From: Trichinella spiralis
Lineage: Eukaryota
Direction: 5' to 3'
NCBI RefSeq assembly: GCF_000181795.1
Contig: NW_003526946.1
Location: 299,668-363,667 of the forward strand
DNA: 64,000 bases
Shown: piece after piece, positions 51,655 to 64,000 of the stretch
How the letters are laid out: every line of letters begins with the position of its first letter
Position numbering within the stretch: position 1 is the first letter of the stretch
Notes under the pieces: generated by a model
Database searches by the model: none
Told to the model about the DNA's origin: nothing
Seen by the model: the letters and a program-made list of their open reading frames with translations, nothing else
Made by a program: the position numbers and the translations under genes

Positions 51655-53249
51655 TTATGTTGTTTCTCCATTCGCTGTCAACTGGCAGAGAGCTGTGTTG
51701 TCGGAGTTGCGAGCCTTCTCAGCGAATAGTTGGCGTTTGTTGCGTAGCAGTTCACTGAGATCGAGCTGCTCACCGGAACCGCACACGATGAACACAAATC
51801 CGCTGATGTAGAGCTGCAACAGGCCGATGCCGAACACAATTTGCCATTCGTGTTGGGCACCGGTCCGCACGATGGCACCGACAACATGGGGCAACAGCAA
51901 ACCGATGAACGTTCCGTAAAATTTTGCCCACGATGAGATGATCCCTGCCAGAGACGGGGCCACCAGTACCGTACTGCTGACGAAACCCGCCACAACCGAC
52001 GCCCAGAGGGCGGTGCCGATTGTGATCAACCCGATTGCCCAGCCTGTGCGTTCGCATGTGAGAAAGCCGCTAGCGAACAGCAAAGTGCCTAAGCTGAAAA
52101 AGCCGATCGAGTTGAAGAGTTTCATGACCGCAGTACGACTGAGTTTGGTCCTTTGAACGATGGAGTCTGCGATGTAGCCAACCATCAGACGTCCCAAAAA
52201 TTGAGCCAAGAACGGCAACGCTGAATAGAGGCCGTTTCTTTTCAAATCTACCCGCATCACGTCACGCAAATACTGAGGCAAGTAGAAGAGCAAACTGAAC
52301 ATGCCCCAAGTGGCCGATCCTTGACAGACAACAATTGCCCAAACGCTGCGCTGTTTGATGAGAAATTGGATTTTTCCGGGCAATTTGCAAATCAGTTGTC
52401 TGTCTTTGTCGATGTAGTCAATTTCAGCTTTGCTGATGAATCGGTGCTTGTTGGGGCTATCTGTTACCCAGAATGTCCAGCATACTGCCCAGCCGAGCGT
52501 GACAATTGACGTCAGGTAGAAAATTGCCGGCCAGCCGCCAAAAAGCCACTTCTGCTTGCAAAGCCAAGAACTGGACAACATGGCGACCACTACGCTGAGC
52601 TGATTGGTACTTGTTGCGATGCTCAGCGCAGTGCTTCTTTCTGACGCCGGCGTCCACCGTGACACTATGGAACTTTTCACCGGCCATAATACAGCGAATG
52701 CCATTCCTGAAATGCGAATAAAAATAAACATTTTTGCAACTATTTCGATTGCTTCACGTAAAATGATGAGAGAGAGAGAATAATATAAAAAATGTTTTTT
52801 CCCTTACCGACCAAAATTCGCATGACGGCTACGGCTCCATAGCCATAGTTCGCTACTGATGGAATAGCGGCCGTCGCCGCTGCGGCCAATATTGCACCGA
52901 CTGTGAACATCTTCTTCGGACTATATCTAGTCGACAAGTATCCGGCGGGAAGGTCGGTCAAAATTTCACCCCAAGACAGTGCCGCGAAAACTATGCCTTG
53001 CTGATGCGGTAGCCACGGGAATTGGCCGTCGTATTCGTCTTTGATTTGGACAACTTGTTCGTCGCACACTGCTCCACTGGCATTGTAATACTGGCGCGGT
53101 TGTGCACCGCCGATGGCAGTGGAATTGACCATGCAAACCATTGCAAATCCAATCAAACCTCGCATCAGGGTAAAAACGAACATCCCGCCGGCGGTCAGCA
53201 AAATTATACTCAAACGTACTGAACGCCAAAATGGTACTTTTCGTTCCAT
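51655..53249 (-). CDS. SLC17 / sialin-like MFS anion:cation symporter, 2 exons
   Basis: Exons 53249-52808 and 52706-51655. Motifs FAMVCMVNSTA, FPWLPHQQGIVFAA, SRWTPASERS, GGWPAIFY, DSPNKHRFISKAEIDYI and NGLYSALPF, with multiple hydrophobic helices. Confidence 0.9.
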
Positions 53250-56200
53250 TGTTGTGTAATTTTTCAACAACAACAACAACAACAATTCTTTTATCCCAAC
53301 AAAACAGTTTTTCCCTTCAGTCAACGGTGCCTAATGCAGCGTGTATGTACAGTATGTACGCGGGTATGCTTCAACGACGACGACAGATCAGCAACCAACT
53401 GACTATACTGTGTTCATTCATGGACGATTGTTGTTGATTTGTTTTCAAAAAATTTCACCTTTTTTTTCAACCTTCAAAGCAGAGAAAACGTTACTTATAA
53501 TTATAAAGAATTATTTTTGTCAAAATATCTGTCATTTAGTGGAGTTGATTGGGGTGGAAAAAAATTGTTAAATTCGTATATTTTTGTTGTTGTTTCAAAG
53601 GTTTCTGGATGTGCTGTTGTTTTAGTGTTTTAAGCTTGGCAAAATTTTGCCACCGACTTTGGACCAAATTTGGTCATTAGATGATTTATTTCACCCGCTG
53701 CTGCTGCTGCTGCTGATGATGATCATCATCATCATCACGATCATTACTTGCTTGAACACAGTTTGAGAACGAAACGGAACTAGGTTTTCATTTGACATTG
53801 CAATGGATGGACTGGCATTGCTGATCAGTTTCATGTGAAGTTCCGGTTTCAAAAATATTTGCACAAAATGAAAATTTCACATCAACAAGCTGGTCGGCTG
53901 GCTTATTTCATCTCATTCAACATTTGTTGTAATGAACTTCAAATTCCATTTCATATGGAAATTAGTATTATGCAAAATTTTTGTGACATGCATTCGACAC
54001 AGCAAACGAACTTGTACACGTACGTACGTGTACAAAAATGGCCTCTAATTTGGGATGAACTAATTTTAAATGAAAATTTAATCAGTGGAATTGATATTAT
54101 GCAAATTAGAAGAGCAACAACAACAACAACTACACTGTATATATACATGACCAATGGCCAGAGGTGTAAAGTATTCCAATTTGGTAAAAGCTGTTGATGT
54201 GGATGAGCAATTTTGTACGGTGGAAGGAAATTTTCAAAAATTGGCAACAAGCGTAACTTTTCAAATTGTCAGCATTCGTCTCAGCTGCAATTATTAACGC
54301 ACGTTCTCATTGTTACTTGTTTCTATGTTTCTTCTATGTTTGCAAAATTTTTGTTTTCAATTCGGGTGAAAATTTTCACATTTTCAAAAATACTTGCCAT
54401 CAATTTGCATCAAAAGTAGCAATTAATTTCAAAAGACCCTTGACATTGTTTTTTTGCTTAGATTCTTTTTGGAATTGAAGGTGAATTGAAAATTGCAGTA
54501 TCAGTGAAGGAGACAGAGAGGGAGGGAGAGAAGGAGAGATGCATGCATCATCTTAAATCATCAATAATAAATTTGTTGAAATATTATTAATTTTAAAATT
54601 ATGGATAAATTATGGTACGACTATTATTATTATTATTATTATTATCGTTGAACTTACCAGTAGCTAGCTGTTGAAGCAAAACGTTGTGACGAACTTTGTG
54701 CACTGTTCACTTTAGACGAAAGACCAAGTATCTCTGAAGCAGCAGCTTCAAAAAATGCTGTACAGAACTGGTCGTGATGCGCTTATATCACTGAAGATAG
54801 AGTGTGCTCCAGTTGGCGATGTTTACTTCCACTGTGTGCCCAGATTATACATCTGTGTGCTTTGCTCTTCCAGCGTTTGATAATTACCACTTGAAAATAG
54901 CTGCTGCTAGTAGTAGTAGATGTTTATAGCCGAACTGAGCTGAATATTGTTCTTTGAATGTCATCCATTCGATTCTACTGATTGGTAGATTGTATTGATA
55001 GATCAGATTTATTTTGTTAAAAAAAATATGCTCAAAAGATTGCTTGCTAATCTTCTATTTGAACAACGAAAAAGAAGAACAACATTGTTGACCTCAGTTG
55101 GGTTCTGAAATTGTGTCGACGGTCACTTCATCCCAACATCAAACAGACATGCACAAATATATTCTTATTCTTATTCTTATCATTAGCATTATTCAGGGAA
55201 AAAGCTTGACTCTTTCTTTTTAATAATAAGCGTTCTTTTCCACTCTCATCTGCCTTCTCTATTGTGTACATTAATTACTATATTTTTTGGGTACTGTTTT
55301 TGCTACTGACTTCTCCTATTGACTGCTATACTGAATTCAAGAGAATGGGGGGGGGGGAAATATTAGTTCAATTAAATATTATTCAACTTAATAATGATGA
55401 ATTTTATTATTATTTTTGACAACAAAAAATGCATCAAATATAAAAAGAAGAACAAATAATAGTAGTAAAGTCAAGTTTCTTTTTTTACATTTTTCAAAAA
55501 TGGGCTGCATAAATTTTGCAACACTGATCAATGAATGCACATTGGAAATGCTGTTTAAATACCAATTCCAGAATTCTGGCCCATTTCTGTGCCGAATTTC
55601 AATAAATTAATTGCTTTTCAATAGTGCAACAGCAAATCTTGCATACTTGGCATGCCATCAAAACTATACAATCATTCTATTGCACTTTATTTAATAGATC
55701 ATTTCTCTTTTAATCATTCATTCTATATAAATTTTTATTTATAAATAAGCATGCAATATATTTGCACAAATAGATGAATAAATATTGGTAAAACAAGATT
55801 GAGTATCATACAATTAGCAAAGTAGCTTTGAATGAAAGTTACACTGCACACTTATAAATAGTGAATCCTTTGAATGCTTGAAATATTGAAATTGAATTCC
55901 ACGTTATTTGTACATATCATAATCAGTACAATATCAATAATCAACATTATGTGTTCATATTTGAAGTTCTGACTGAAAGTCAGACGACGAATTTTTTTGA
56001 AACACATTATCTTAAACTGAATATATATATATTTATTTATTTGAACCAAAAAATCACGAGATATTTGAACAAACAAACCTTGAAGACAGTTAGTAATTCA
56101 ATTTTTCAAGTATCTGAAGAATCAAGCAATAATGAATACAATTTTGCATTTTAATAAAATTAATATAGAAATACTTTTTTCATAAAAATAATTCTATTGC

Positions 56201-56934
56201 AATTTAATTATTAATAAAGTCAATTAATGAATTGAATATTTTAAAGAATTTGCATTTCATTTTGTAAAATGAGATTCTGAGTTACAATTCATCCTCCTTT
56301 CTTCACGCTTCGTTATTCTCTGATATTTATCTAATTATTTACCCGTAAAACATTTGCACAGCGTTAATATTTGTTTAATCAAATTACCTATCCCTGATTT
56401 GTTTGATACCGATAAAATAAAATATTTAGAAAATTTTTCTCAAAAAACTGCTTAGCTTTTTGAGAACATTTTTCAGCATTCAGTCAAAAATTTAATTTTT
56501 ATATTAAATTCATTTAATTTATCAAAATTTCCCACTTTTGCTAGCTTTTTCATAGTAGGAGCAAAATATATTGTTCAACTAGCCAGCAGATATAAATTAT
56601 GAAAAAATCGTTAGAAGAAAACAATTAGCGTACCACTTGATGTTTTATTTATTAAAAATAAAACCATTTTGCTTCTAACCATTTAAAAAGAGAGAAATCT
56701 GTTTTTTTAATAATTTCAGATATTAATGTAAAAACTGCATATGGTATAAATAAATTTTCCAAATCGGTTCTGGATGAAACATTCTGATACACACAGACAA
56801 GGTGAGAGTGTGAGTGAGAGCTAATGTCCCGGAAGATCAATCAAACCCATTAGGGAATGGCGTGCATCTCTTCTTGGTTGAGTTAGAAATGACAAATCTT
56901 GAGACCAAGCCGATTTGGCAACGTAAATTAGCAG

Positions 56935-56947
56935 GTTGTCTAGCAAC
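56935..56947. promoter_or_regulatory. Candidate RFX X-box (GTTGTCTAGCAAC); second copy at 61650-61662
   Basis: Imperfect palindrome fitting GTTNYY-N-RGCAAC, about 325 bp upstream of the CUB-lectin ATG. Confidence 0.4.
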
Positions 56948-57272
56948 AGCACGATTTTGCACCGACCACTCTTTCTTTCCCTGCCGCTTTCCTTTTCTAT
57001 GCTTGCCCACTTCCCCGTGGTGTATTGTTTTGGCCGCTGACCAACGATCTACTTTACAGCCGGTGTAAAGTGTAATCTTGTTGACGTGTAGCATCGAATA
57101 TGTCGATATTTCGATCACCGTGCAACCGTTAGCCTGGCCTGAAGCGGGTGCCAGTTGCGTTCGTTCCGCATGCTAATCAGCTAGCATTGCACCTTGTGGA
57201 CGATGCAAAAGCGTTGACCCAAGAGGATTCGTCCTCCAACTCCATAATCCAGCTAGTGTTTATTCTCTTTTG

Positions 57273-58511
57273 ATGTTGCTGCTGTTTTGGCTAGCTTCAA
57301 CAGCCATGCTGGCGTCTTGTTACTCAACGACTACAGGTGAGCTTTTTTAAGCCATTAATATTAGCAATTATTGACAAAAAAACAAACAGATAAACAAAAT
57401 ATGCTATTTTTGCATTAGCATTATTATTGATTTTGGATAATAGCATTAATAAAACATATCCTTCTGCAATTTCATTGCAAAAATTAGAAAAAGCAGTGCA
57501 GTTGGTGGAAAGCACTTTTTCCAAATAAATTAATTACCTGGAAATGATAATTTATTCAATTTAAAATAACAGCATCATTTCAGAGGAGTGTCCGCCTAAA
57601 GCATCTCCGCTAATTTTGACTGCTACAAAATGTCGCCATTTTTTGACCACTCCCGGTTTTGCGAAAAAAAGACAGTACAGTCCGAATTTAAGTTGTCATT
57701 GGATAATTCGTGCTTCAAGACCGGAAAATAAAGTGCAACTTTTTGTACACGAATCACAAATCGAAGATCGCCTTTTTGGAGTCTGTGATGATTTCATCGA
57801 AGTTCGAGACGGTAAATGAAAACCAAAAAACAAAAGAACAAACCATTCATACAGTATTAATTATTAATTGATAAATATTTTTTACTCCTTTATCAAAAAT
57901 TTTCATTGTAAAATTGCAAATGCATGAAAAACACTTACTCTTAATTATATATTTAAAAAAATAATAATAAATGTTGCAGTTCTTTATTTTTCAAATAATT
58001 AGTATGAATAAATTTTCAAATAATATTCCAATTTGTCTGTAAAAATAGATGTATGTCACAGTTTTGAAAGAAAACCAAGAAAATATCATTTTTAAAAATT
58101 AAAACTAAAAAATAATTAGCTTAAAGCACGCAACATCACTGCGTGCAAGCAAGAATTATTTATCTGCTACATTATATTCTTTTCAATCAGGAGGAAATTC
58201 ATTGGCAACTCCTATTGTGAAATGGTGCGGTCAAAGCAACCCAACGTCAATAATTAGCTCAACTGATCGCTTGTATATTCACTTCAAATCTGACTCCTAT
58301 TATCAAGAAGTTGGTGCGAACATGTCTTACATTGAACAGTGTAAAATGCACATTTATTGAATTACTGCATGTGCTATACAAAATTACGGCGTTACAGCTG
58401 TTACAGATTGCCCTGCAGGGTGGACATCGTTTAAAGCGCTCAAACGCTGCTATCGCATGCAAGCTCACCTCACAGTACAGTTGGCCAGAAGCTCAAAAGC
58501 CATTGCCATTT
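57273..58511 (+). CDS. CUB + C-type lectin gene, copy 1, truncated at the gap (frameshifts in the last ~140 nt are probably read errors)
   Basis: Same exons as 61988 onward; indels are clustered next to the Ns. Confidence 0.7.
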
Positions 58512-61500
58512 NNNNNNNNNNAAGGAAAGTATCGGCCAGGAAATGAAGGACTACTCCACTAACCCAAAATTCATACATCCCAAAACTTGGGAGGCCTATG
58601 TTTACTCCAGTGCAGTCATTAATGTACCATGAGAACATTTCCTTGACAATAGCTCCATTGTATCTCATACCAGCTGAAAATATTCACCATAACCATTAAC
58701 TCACATGATGTTAATAATCAAAAAAAGCCTGTTCAGTATATAGAAAGAATTTTTGCCAGAGTTTTCGGTACATTGAAGACCGTACATGACTCAAAACCCG
58801 GGAACTCGACAGAAGCAGAGGAGTCGGTGGACGAGGTCGAGGCCACTTTATATTTACCTGCTCTAGTTCCCGAGGTGTAAAGTATTTCACTTTTCTTAAA
58901 AACTGGTGCTTTGGCCGATCAAAATTTTCACGGTGGAAGAAAATTTTCAAAAATGGGCAGCAAGCGTAACTTTTCAAATTATCAGCACTCGTCTCAGCTG
59001 CATTATTAACGCACGTTCTCATTGTTACTTGTTTCTATGTTTCTTCTATGTTTGCAAAATTTTTGTTTTCAATTCGGGTGAAAATTTTCACATTTTCAAA
59101 AATACTTGCCATCAATTTGCATCAAAAGTAGCAATTAATTTCAAAAGACCCTTGACATTGTTTTTTTGCTTAGATTCTTTTTGGAATTGAAGGTGAATTG
59201 AAAATTGCAGTATCAGTGAAGGAGACAGAGAGGGAGGGAGAGAAGGAGAGATGCATGCATCATCTTAAATCATCAATAATAAATTTGTTGAAATATTATT
59301 AATTTTAAAATTATGGATAAATTATGGTACGACTATTATTATTATTATCGTTGAACTTACCAGTAACTAGCTGTTGAAGCAAAACGTTGTGACGAACTTT
59401 GTGCACTGTTCACTTTAGACGAAAGACCAAGTATCTCTGAAGCAGCAGCTTCAAAAAATGCTATACAGAACTGGTCGTGATGCGCTTATATCACTGAAGA
59501 TAGAGTGTGCTCCAGTTGGCGATGTTTACTTCCACTGTGTGCCCAGATTATACATCTGTGTGCTTTGCTTTTCCAGCGTTTGATAATTACCACTTGAAAA
59601 TAGCTGCTGCTAGTAGTAGTAGATGTTTATAGCCGAACTGAGCTGAATATTGTTCTTTGAATGTCATCCATTCGATTCTACTGATTGGTAGATTGTATTG
59701 ATAGATCAGATTTATTTTGTTTAAAAAAATATGCTCAAAAGATTGCTTGCTAATCTTCTATTTGAACAACGAAAAAGAAGAACAACATTGTTGACCTCAG
59801 TTGGGTTCTGAAATTGTGTCGACGGTCACTTCATCCCAACATCAAACAGACATGCACAAATATATTCTTATTCTTATTCTTATCATTAGCATTATTCAGG
59901 GAAAAAGCTTGACTCTTTCTTTTTAATAATAAGCGTTCTTTTCCACTCTCATCTGCCTTCTCTATTGTGTACATTAATTACTATATTTTTTGGGTACTGT
60001 TTTTGCTACTGACTTCTCCTATTGACTGCTATACTGAATTCAAGAGAATGGGGGGGGGGGGAAATATTAGTTCAATTAAATATTATTCAACTTAATAATG
60101 ATGAATTTTATTATTATTTTTGACAACAAAAAATGCATCAAATATAAAAAGAAAAACAAATAATAGTAGTAAAGTCAAGTTTCTTTTTTTACATTTTTCA
60201 AAAATGGGCTGCATAAATTTTGCAACACTGATCAATGAATGCACATTGGAAATGCTGTTTAAATACCAATTCCAGAATTCTGGCCCATTTCTGTGCCGAA
60301 TTTCAATAAATTAATTGCTTTTCAATAGTGCAGCAGCAAATCTTGCATACTTGGCATGCCATCAAAACTATACAATCATTCTATTGCACTTTATTTAATA
60401 GATCATTTCTCTTTTAATCATTCATTCTATATAAATTTTTATTTATAAATAAGCATGCAATATATTTGCACAAATAGATGAATAAATATTGGTAAAACAA
60501 GATTGAGTATCATACAATTAGCAAAGTAGCTTTGAATGAAAGTTACACTGCACACTTATAAATAGTGAATCCTTTGAATGCTTGAAATATTGAAATTGAA
60601 TTCCACGTTATTTGTACATATCATAATCAGTACAATATCAATAATCAACATTATGTGTTCATATTTGAAGTTCTGACTGAAAGTCAGACTTGACGAATTT
60701 TTTTGAAACACATTATCTTAAAATAAAAATAACTGAATATATATTTATATATTTATTTGAACCAAAAAATCACGAGATATTTGAACAAACAAACCTTGAA
60801 GACAGTTAGTAATTCAATTTTCAAGTATCTGAAAAATCAAGTAATAATGAATACAATTTTGCATTTTAATAAAATGAATATAGAAATACTTTTTTCATAA
60901 AAATAATTCTGTTGCAATTTAATTATTAATAAAGTCAATTAATGGATTGAATATTTTAAAGAATTTGCATTTCATTTTGTAAAATGAGATTCTGAGCTAC
61001 AATTCATCCTCCTTTCTTCACGCTTCGTTATTCTCTGATATTTATCTAATTATTTACCCGTAAAACATTTGCACAGCGTTAATATTTGTTTAATCAAATT
61101 ACCTATCCCTGATTTGTTTGATACCGATAAAATAAAATATTTAGAAAATTTTTCTCAAAAAACTGCTTAGCTTTTTGAGAACATTTTTCAGCATTCAGTC
61201 AAAAATTTAATTTTTATATTAAATTCATTTAATTTATCAAAATTTCCCACTTTTGCTAGCTTTTTCATAATAGGAGCAAAATATATTGTTCAACTAGCAG
61301 CAGATATAAATTATGAAAAAATCGTTAGAAGAAAACAATTAGCGTACCACTTGATGTTTTATTTATTAAAAATAAAACCATTTTGCTTCTAACCATTTAA
61401 AAAAAGAGAAATCTGTTTTTTTTAATAATTTCAGATATTAATGTAAAAACTGCATATGGCATAAATAAATTTTCCAAATCGGTTCTGAATGAAACATTCT

Positions 61501-61987
61501 GATACACACAGACAAGGTGAGAGTGTGAGTGAGAGCTAATGTCCCGGAAGATCAATCAAACCCATTAGGGAATGGCGTGCATCTCTTCTTGGTTGAGTTA
61601 GAAATGACAAATCTTGAGACCAAGCCGATTTGGCAACGTAAATTAGCAGGTTGTCTAGCAACAGCACGATTTTGCACCGACCACTCTTTCTTTCCCTGCC
61701 GCTTTCCTTTTCTATGCTTGCCCACTTCCCCGTGGTGTATTGTTTTGGCCGCTGACCAACGATCTACTTTACAGCCGGTGTAAAGTGTAATCTTGTTGAC
61801 GTGTAGCATCGAATATGTCGATATTTCGATCACCGTGCAACCGTTAGCCTGGCCTGAAGCGGGTGCCAGTTGCGTTCGTTCCGCATGCTAATCAGCTAGC
61901 ATTGCACCTTGTGGACGATGCAAAAGCGTTGACCCAAGAGGATTCGTCCTCCAACTCCATAATCCAGCTAGTGTTTATTCTCTTTTG

Positions 61988-64000
61988 ATGTTGCTGCTGT
62001 TTTGGCTAGCTTCAACAGCCATGCTGGCGTCTTGTTGCTCAACGACTACAGGTGAGCTTTTTTAAGCCATTAATATTAGCAATTATTGACAAAAAAACAA
62101 ACAGATAAACAAAATATGCTATTTTTGCATTGGCATTATTATTGATTTTGGATAATAGCATTAATAAAACATATCCTTCTGCAATTTCATTGCAAAAATT
62201 AAAAAAAGCAGTGCAGTTGGTGGAAAGCACTTTTTCCAAATAAATTAATTACCTGGAAATGATAATTTATTCAATTTAAAATAACAGCATCATTTCAGAG
62301 GAGTGTCCGCCTAAAGCATCTCCGCTAATTTTGACTGCTACAAAATGTCGCCATTTTCTGATTACTCCCGGTTTTGTGAATAAAAGACAGTACAGTCCGA
62401 ATTTAAGTTGTCATTGGATAATTCGTGCTTCAAGACCGGAAAATAAAGTGCAACTTTTTGTACACGAATCACAAATCGAAGATCGCCTTTTTGGAGTCTG
62501 TGATGATTTCATCGAAGTTCGAGACGGTAAATGAAAACCAAAAAACAAAGGAACAAACCATTCGTACAGTATTAATTATTAATTGATAAATATTTTTTAC
62601 TCCTTTATCAAAAATTTTTATTGTAAAATTGCAAATGCATGAAAAACACTTACTCTTAATTATATATTTAAAAAAATAATAATAAATGTTGTAGTTCTTT
62701 ATTTTTCAAATAATTAGTATGAATAAATTTTCAAATAATATTCCAATTTGTCTGTAAAAATAGATGTATGTCACAGTTTTGAAAGAAAACCAAGAAAATA
62801 TCATTTTTAAAAATTAAAACTAAAAAATAATTAGCTTAAAGCACGCAACATCACTGCGTGCAAGCAAGAATTATTTATCTGCTACATTATATTCTTTTCA
62901 ATCAGGAGGAAATTCATTGGCAACTCCTATTGTGAAATGGTGCGGTCAAAGCAACCCAACGTCAATAATTAGCTCAACTGATCGCTTGTATATTCACTTC
63001 AAATCTGACTCCTATTATCAAGAAGTTGGTGCGAACATGTCTTACATTGAACAGTGTAAAATGCACATTTATTGAATTACTGCATGTGCTATACAAAATT
63101 AGGCGTTACAGCTGTTACAGATTGCCCTGCAGGGTGGACATCGTTTAAAGCGCTCAACCGCTGCTATCGCATGCAAAGCTCACCTCAACAGTACAGTTGG
63201 CCAGAAGCTCAAAAGCATTGCATTTACGATCGAAGCAATTTATTAGTGCTTACAAGTCAAGATGAATACCACGCTGTTGTTAGTATGTCTGTTATGCAAT
63301 TGTGCAATTGCAATAAAATTGTCTTATTAAGAAACAATTAAGTTATTATTGTAATATAGTTTCTTACCTGTCAAATAATGTTACAATGTGCATGTTTTTA
63401 GTAATAGAAAATTGTTTTAGTAATAAACTTTGAAAGTGGGTTATTATAATAAGGCAAAAGTGATATAATTAATTAATGTTCAGGCTTATTTGCTTCTTCT
63501 GGAGAACAACCTTGGGTTGGATTGACAGATTTGAATGGGCAGAACATTGGAAAATCTATTAACAATGAGTTGACCGTCTGGCCAGAAAAGTAATCATATA
63601 TCGCACATTCATTGTATATTATGCATTTAAAGAACAAAATTTAGGTTTTCTATCGAATCAAAATTTTCACAACTGAACTGCCTTTATTTGGATTTTAATC
63701 TCACATATGGTATATATGATGTTGACCACTGTTTCTCAAGGCATGCATTCATATGTGAAAAAAAATTGGGTAAAATTTTATTTTATTGTAATTTTTATTT
63801 GTGAAATGCTTTTAATTTGTGCACAGTGGTGATTATATGTAAAAAAGCAAATTTAAAGAATGTTTTTAAAATTACAATTACAGATGAGTAAAAATTTCAA
63901 TTTAAATGCATGAATATCAATTGTGTGCTTCAATGATGAATAATTTAAGTGAATTTTCCAATTGCAGATGGCACTACCATTCCTTATCCTATACCACCGA
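61988..64000 (+). CDS. Secreted or membrane CUB domain + C-type lectin domain protein; runs off the window end
   Basis: Signal exon 61988-62051 (MLLLFWLASTAMLASC). CUB exons 62299-62526 (YSPNLSCHWIIRA...CDDFIEVRDG) and ~62906-63054 (KWCG..SSTDRLYIHFKSD). CTLD exons from ~63103 (CPAGW...CY...SWPEAQKHC), ~63484 (PWVGL) and ~63645 (DHCFSRHAFICEK). The next exon starts near 63968. Confidence 0.9.

Larger units (their letters stand above)
54200..58511 (+). repeat. Near-identical tandem copy of ~58920-63220 (probable unmerged contig overlap or haplotype)
   Basis: Offset about 4.7 kb. The copies meet at the 58512-58521 gap and both degrade towards it. Confidence 0.93.

Noticed and set aside
57457..57464. 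ATATCCTT U12-type donor-like sequence
   Set aside because: It lies in the middle of an ordinary GT-AG intron, not at an exon boundary.
58522..58920. Possible foreign insert or ORFs after the gap
   Set aside because: It grades into a garbled copy of the sequence upstream of 54200, consistent with a low-quality read tail.
1..64000. Prokaryotic-type systems (CRISPR, defence operons), tRNA/rRNA, spliced-leader RNA genes or well-known miRNAs
   Set aside because: The sequence is intron-containing eukaryotic DNA, and none of these was recognised by eye. Infernal and tRNAscan would be needed to exclude divergent RNA genes.

Overview
AT-rich eukaryotic genomic DNA from a draft assembly, with short GT-AG introns and five N-gaps. 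It looks like an invertebrate, most plausibly a clade I nematode such as Trichinella (inference only). Supported genes: EEF1AKMT1/N6AMT2 (two identical-protein copies), a glomulin-like protein, a small SAM-only protein, COP9 signalosome subunit 7, ribonucleotide reductase large subunit (13 exons), prospero, WDR37, an Ig/TSP-like single-pass membrane protein (FAM187-like), ZNF830, an SLC17-type anion transporter and a CUB + C-type lectin gene (two copies). There is also a 5-exon minus-strand gene that the ORF track splits into fragments; it resembles the isolated C-terminal domain of ANKRD11/12. Mobile DNA: a MULE transposase fragment and a probable LTR joined to an alternative copy of the 9544-9909 locus. 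Three near-identical duplications (1-4887 vs 33361-38070, 6061-6427 vs 9544-9909, ~54200-58511 vs ~58920-63220) all abut gaps and degrade at their ends, so they are most likely uncollapsed haplotypes or overlaps. No rRNA, tRNA or CRISPR was recognised. All homology calls come from motifs recalled by eye; no searches were run.
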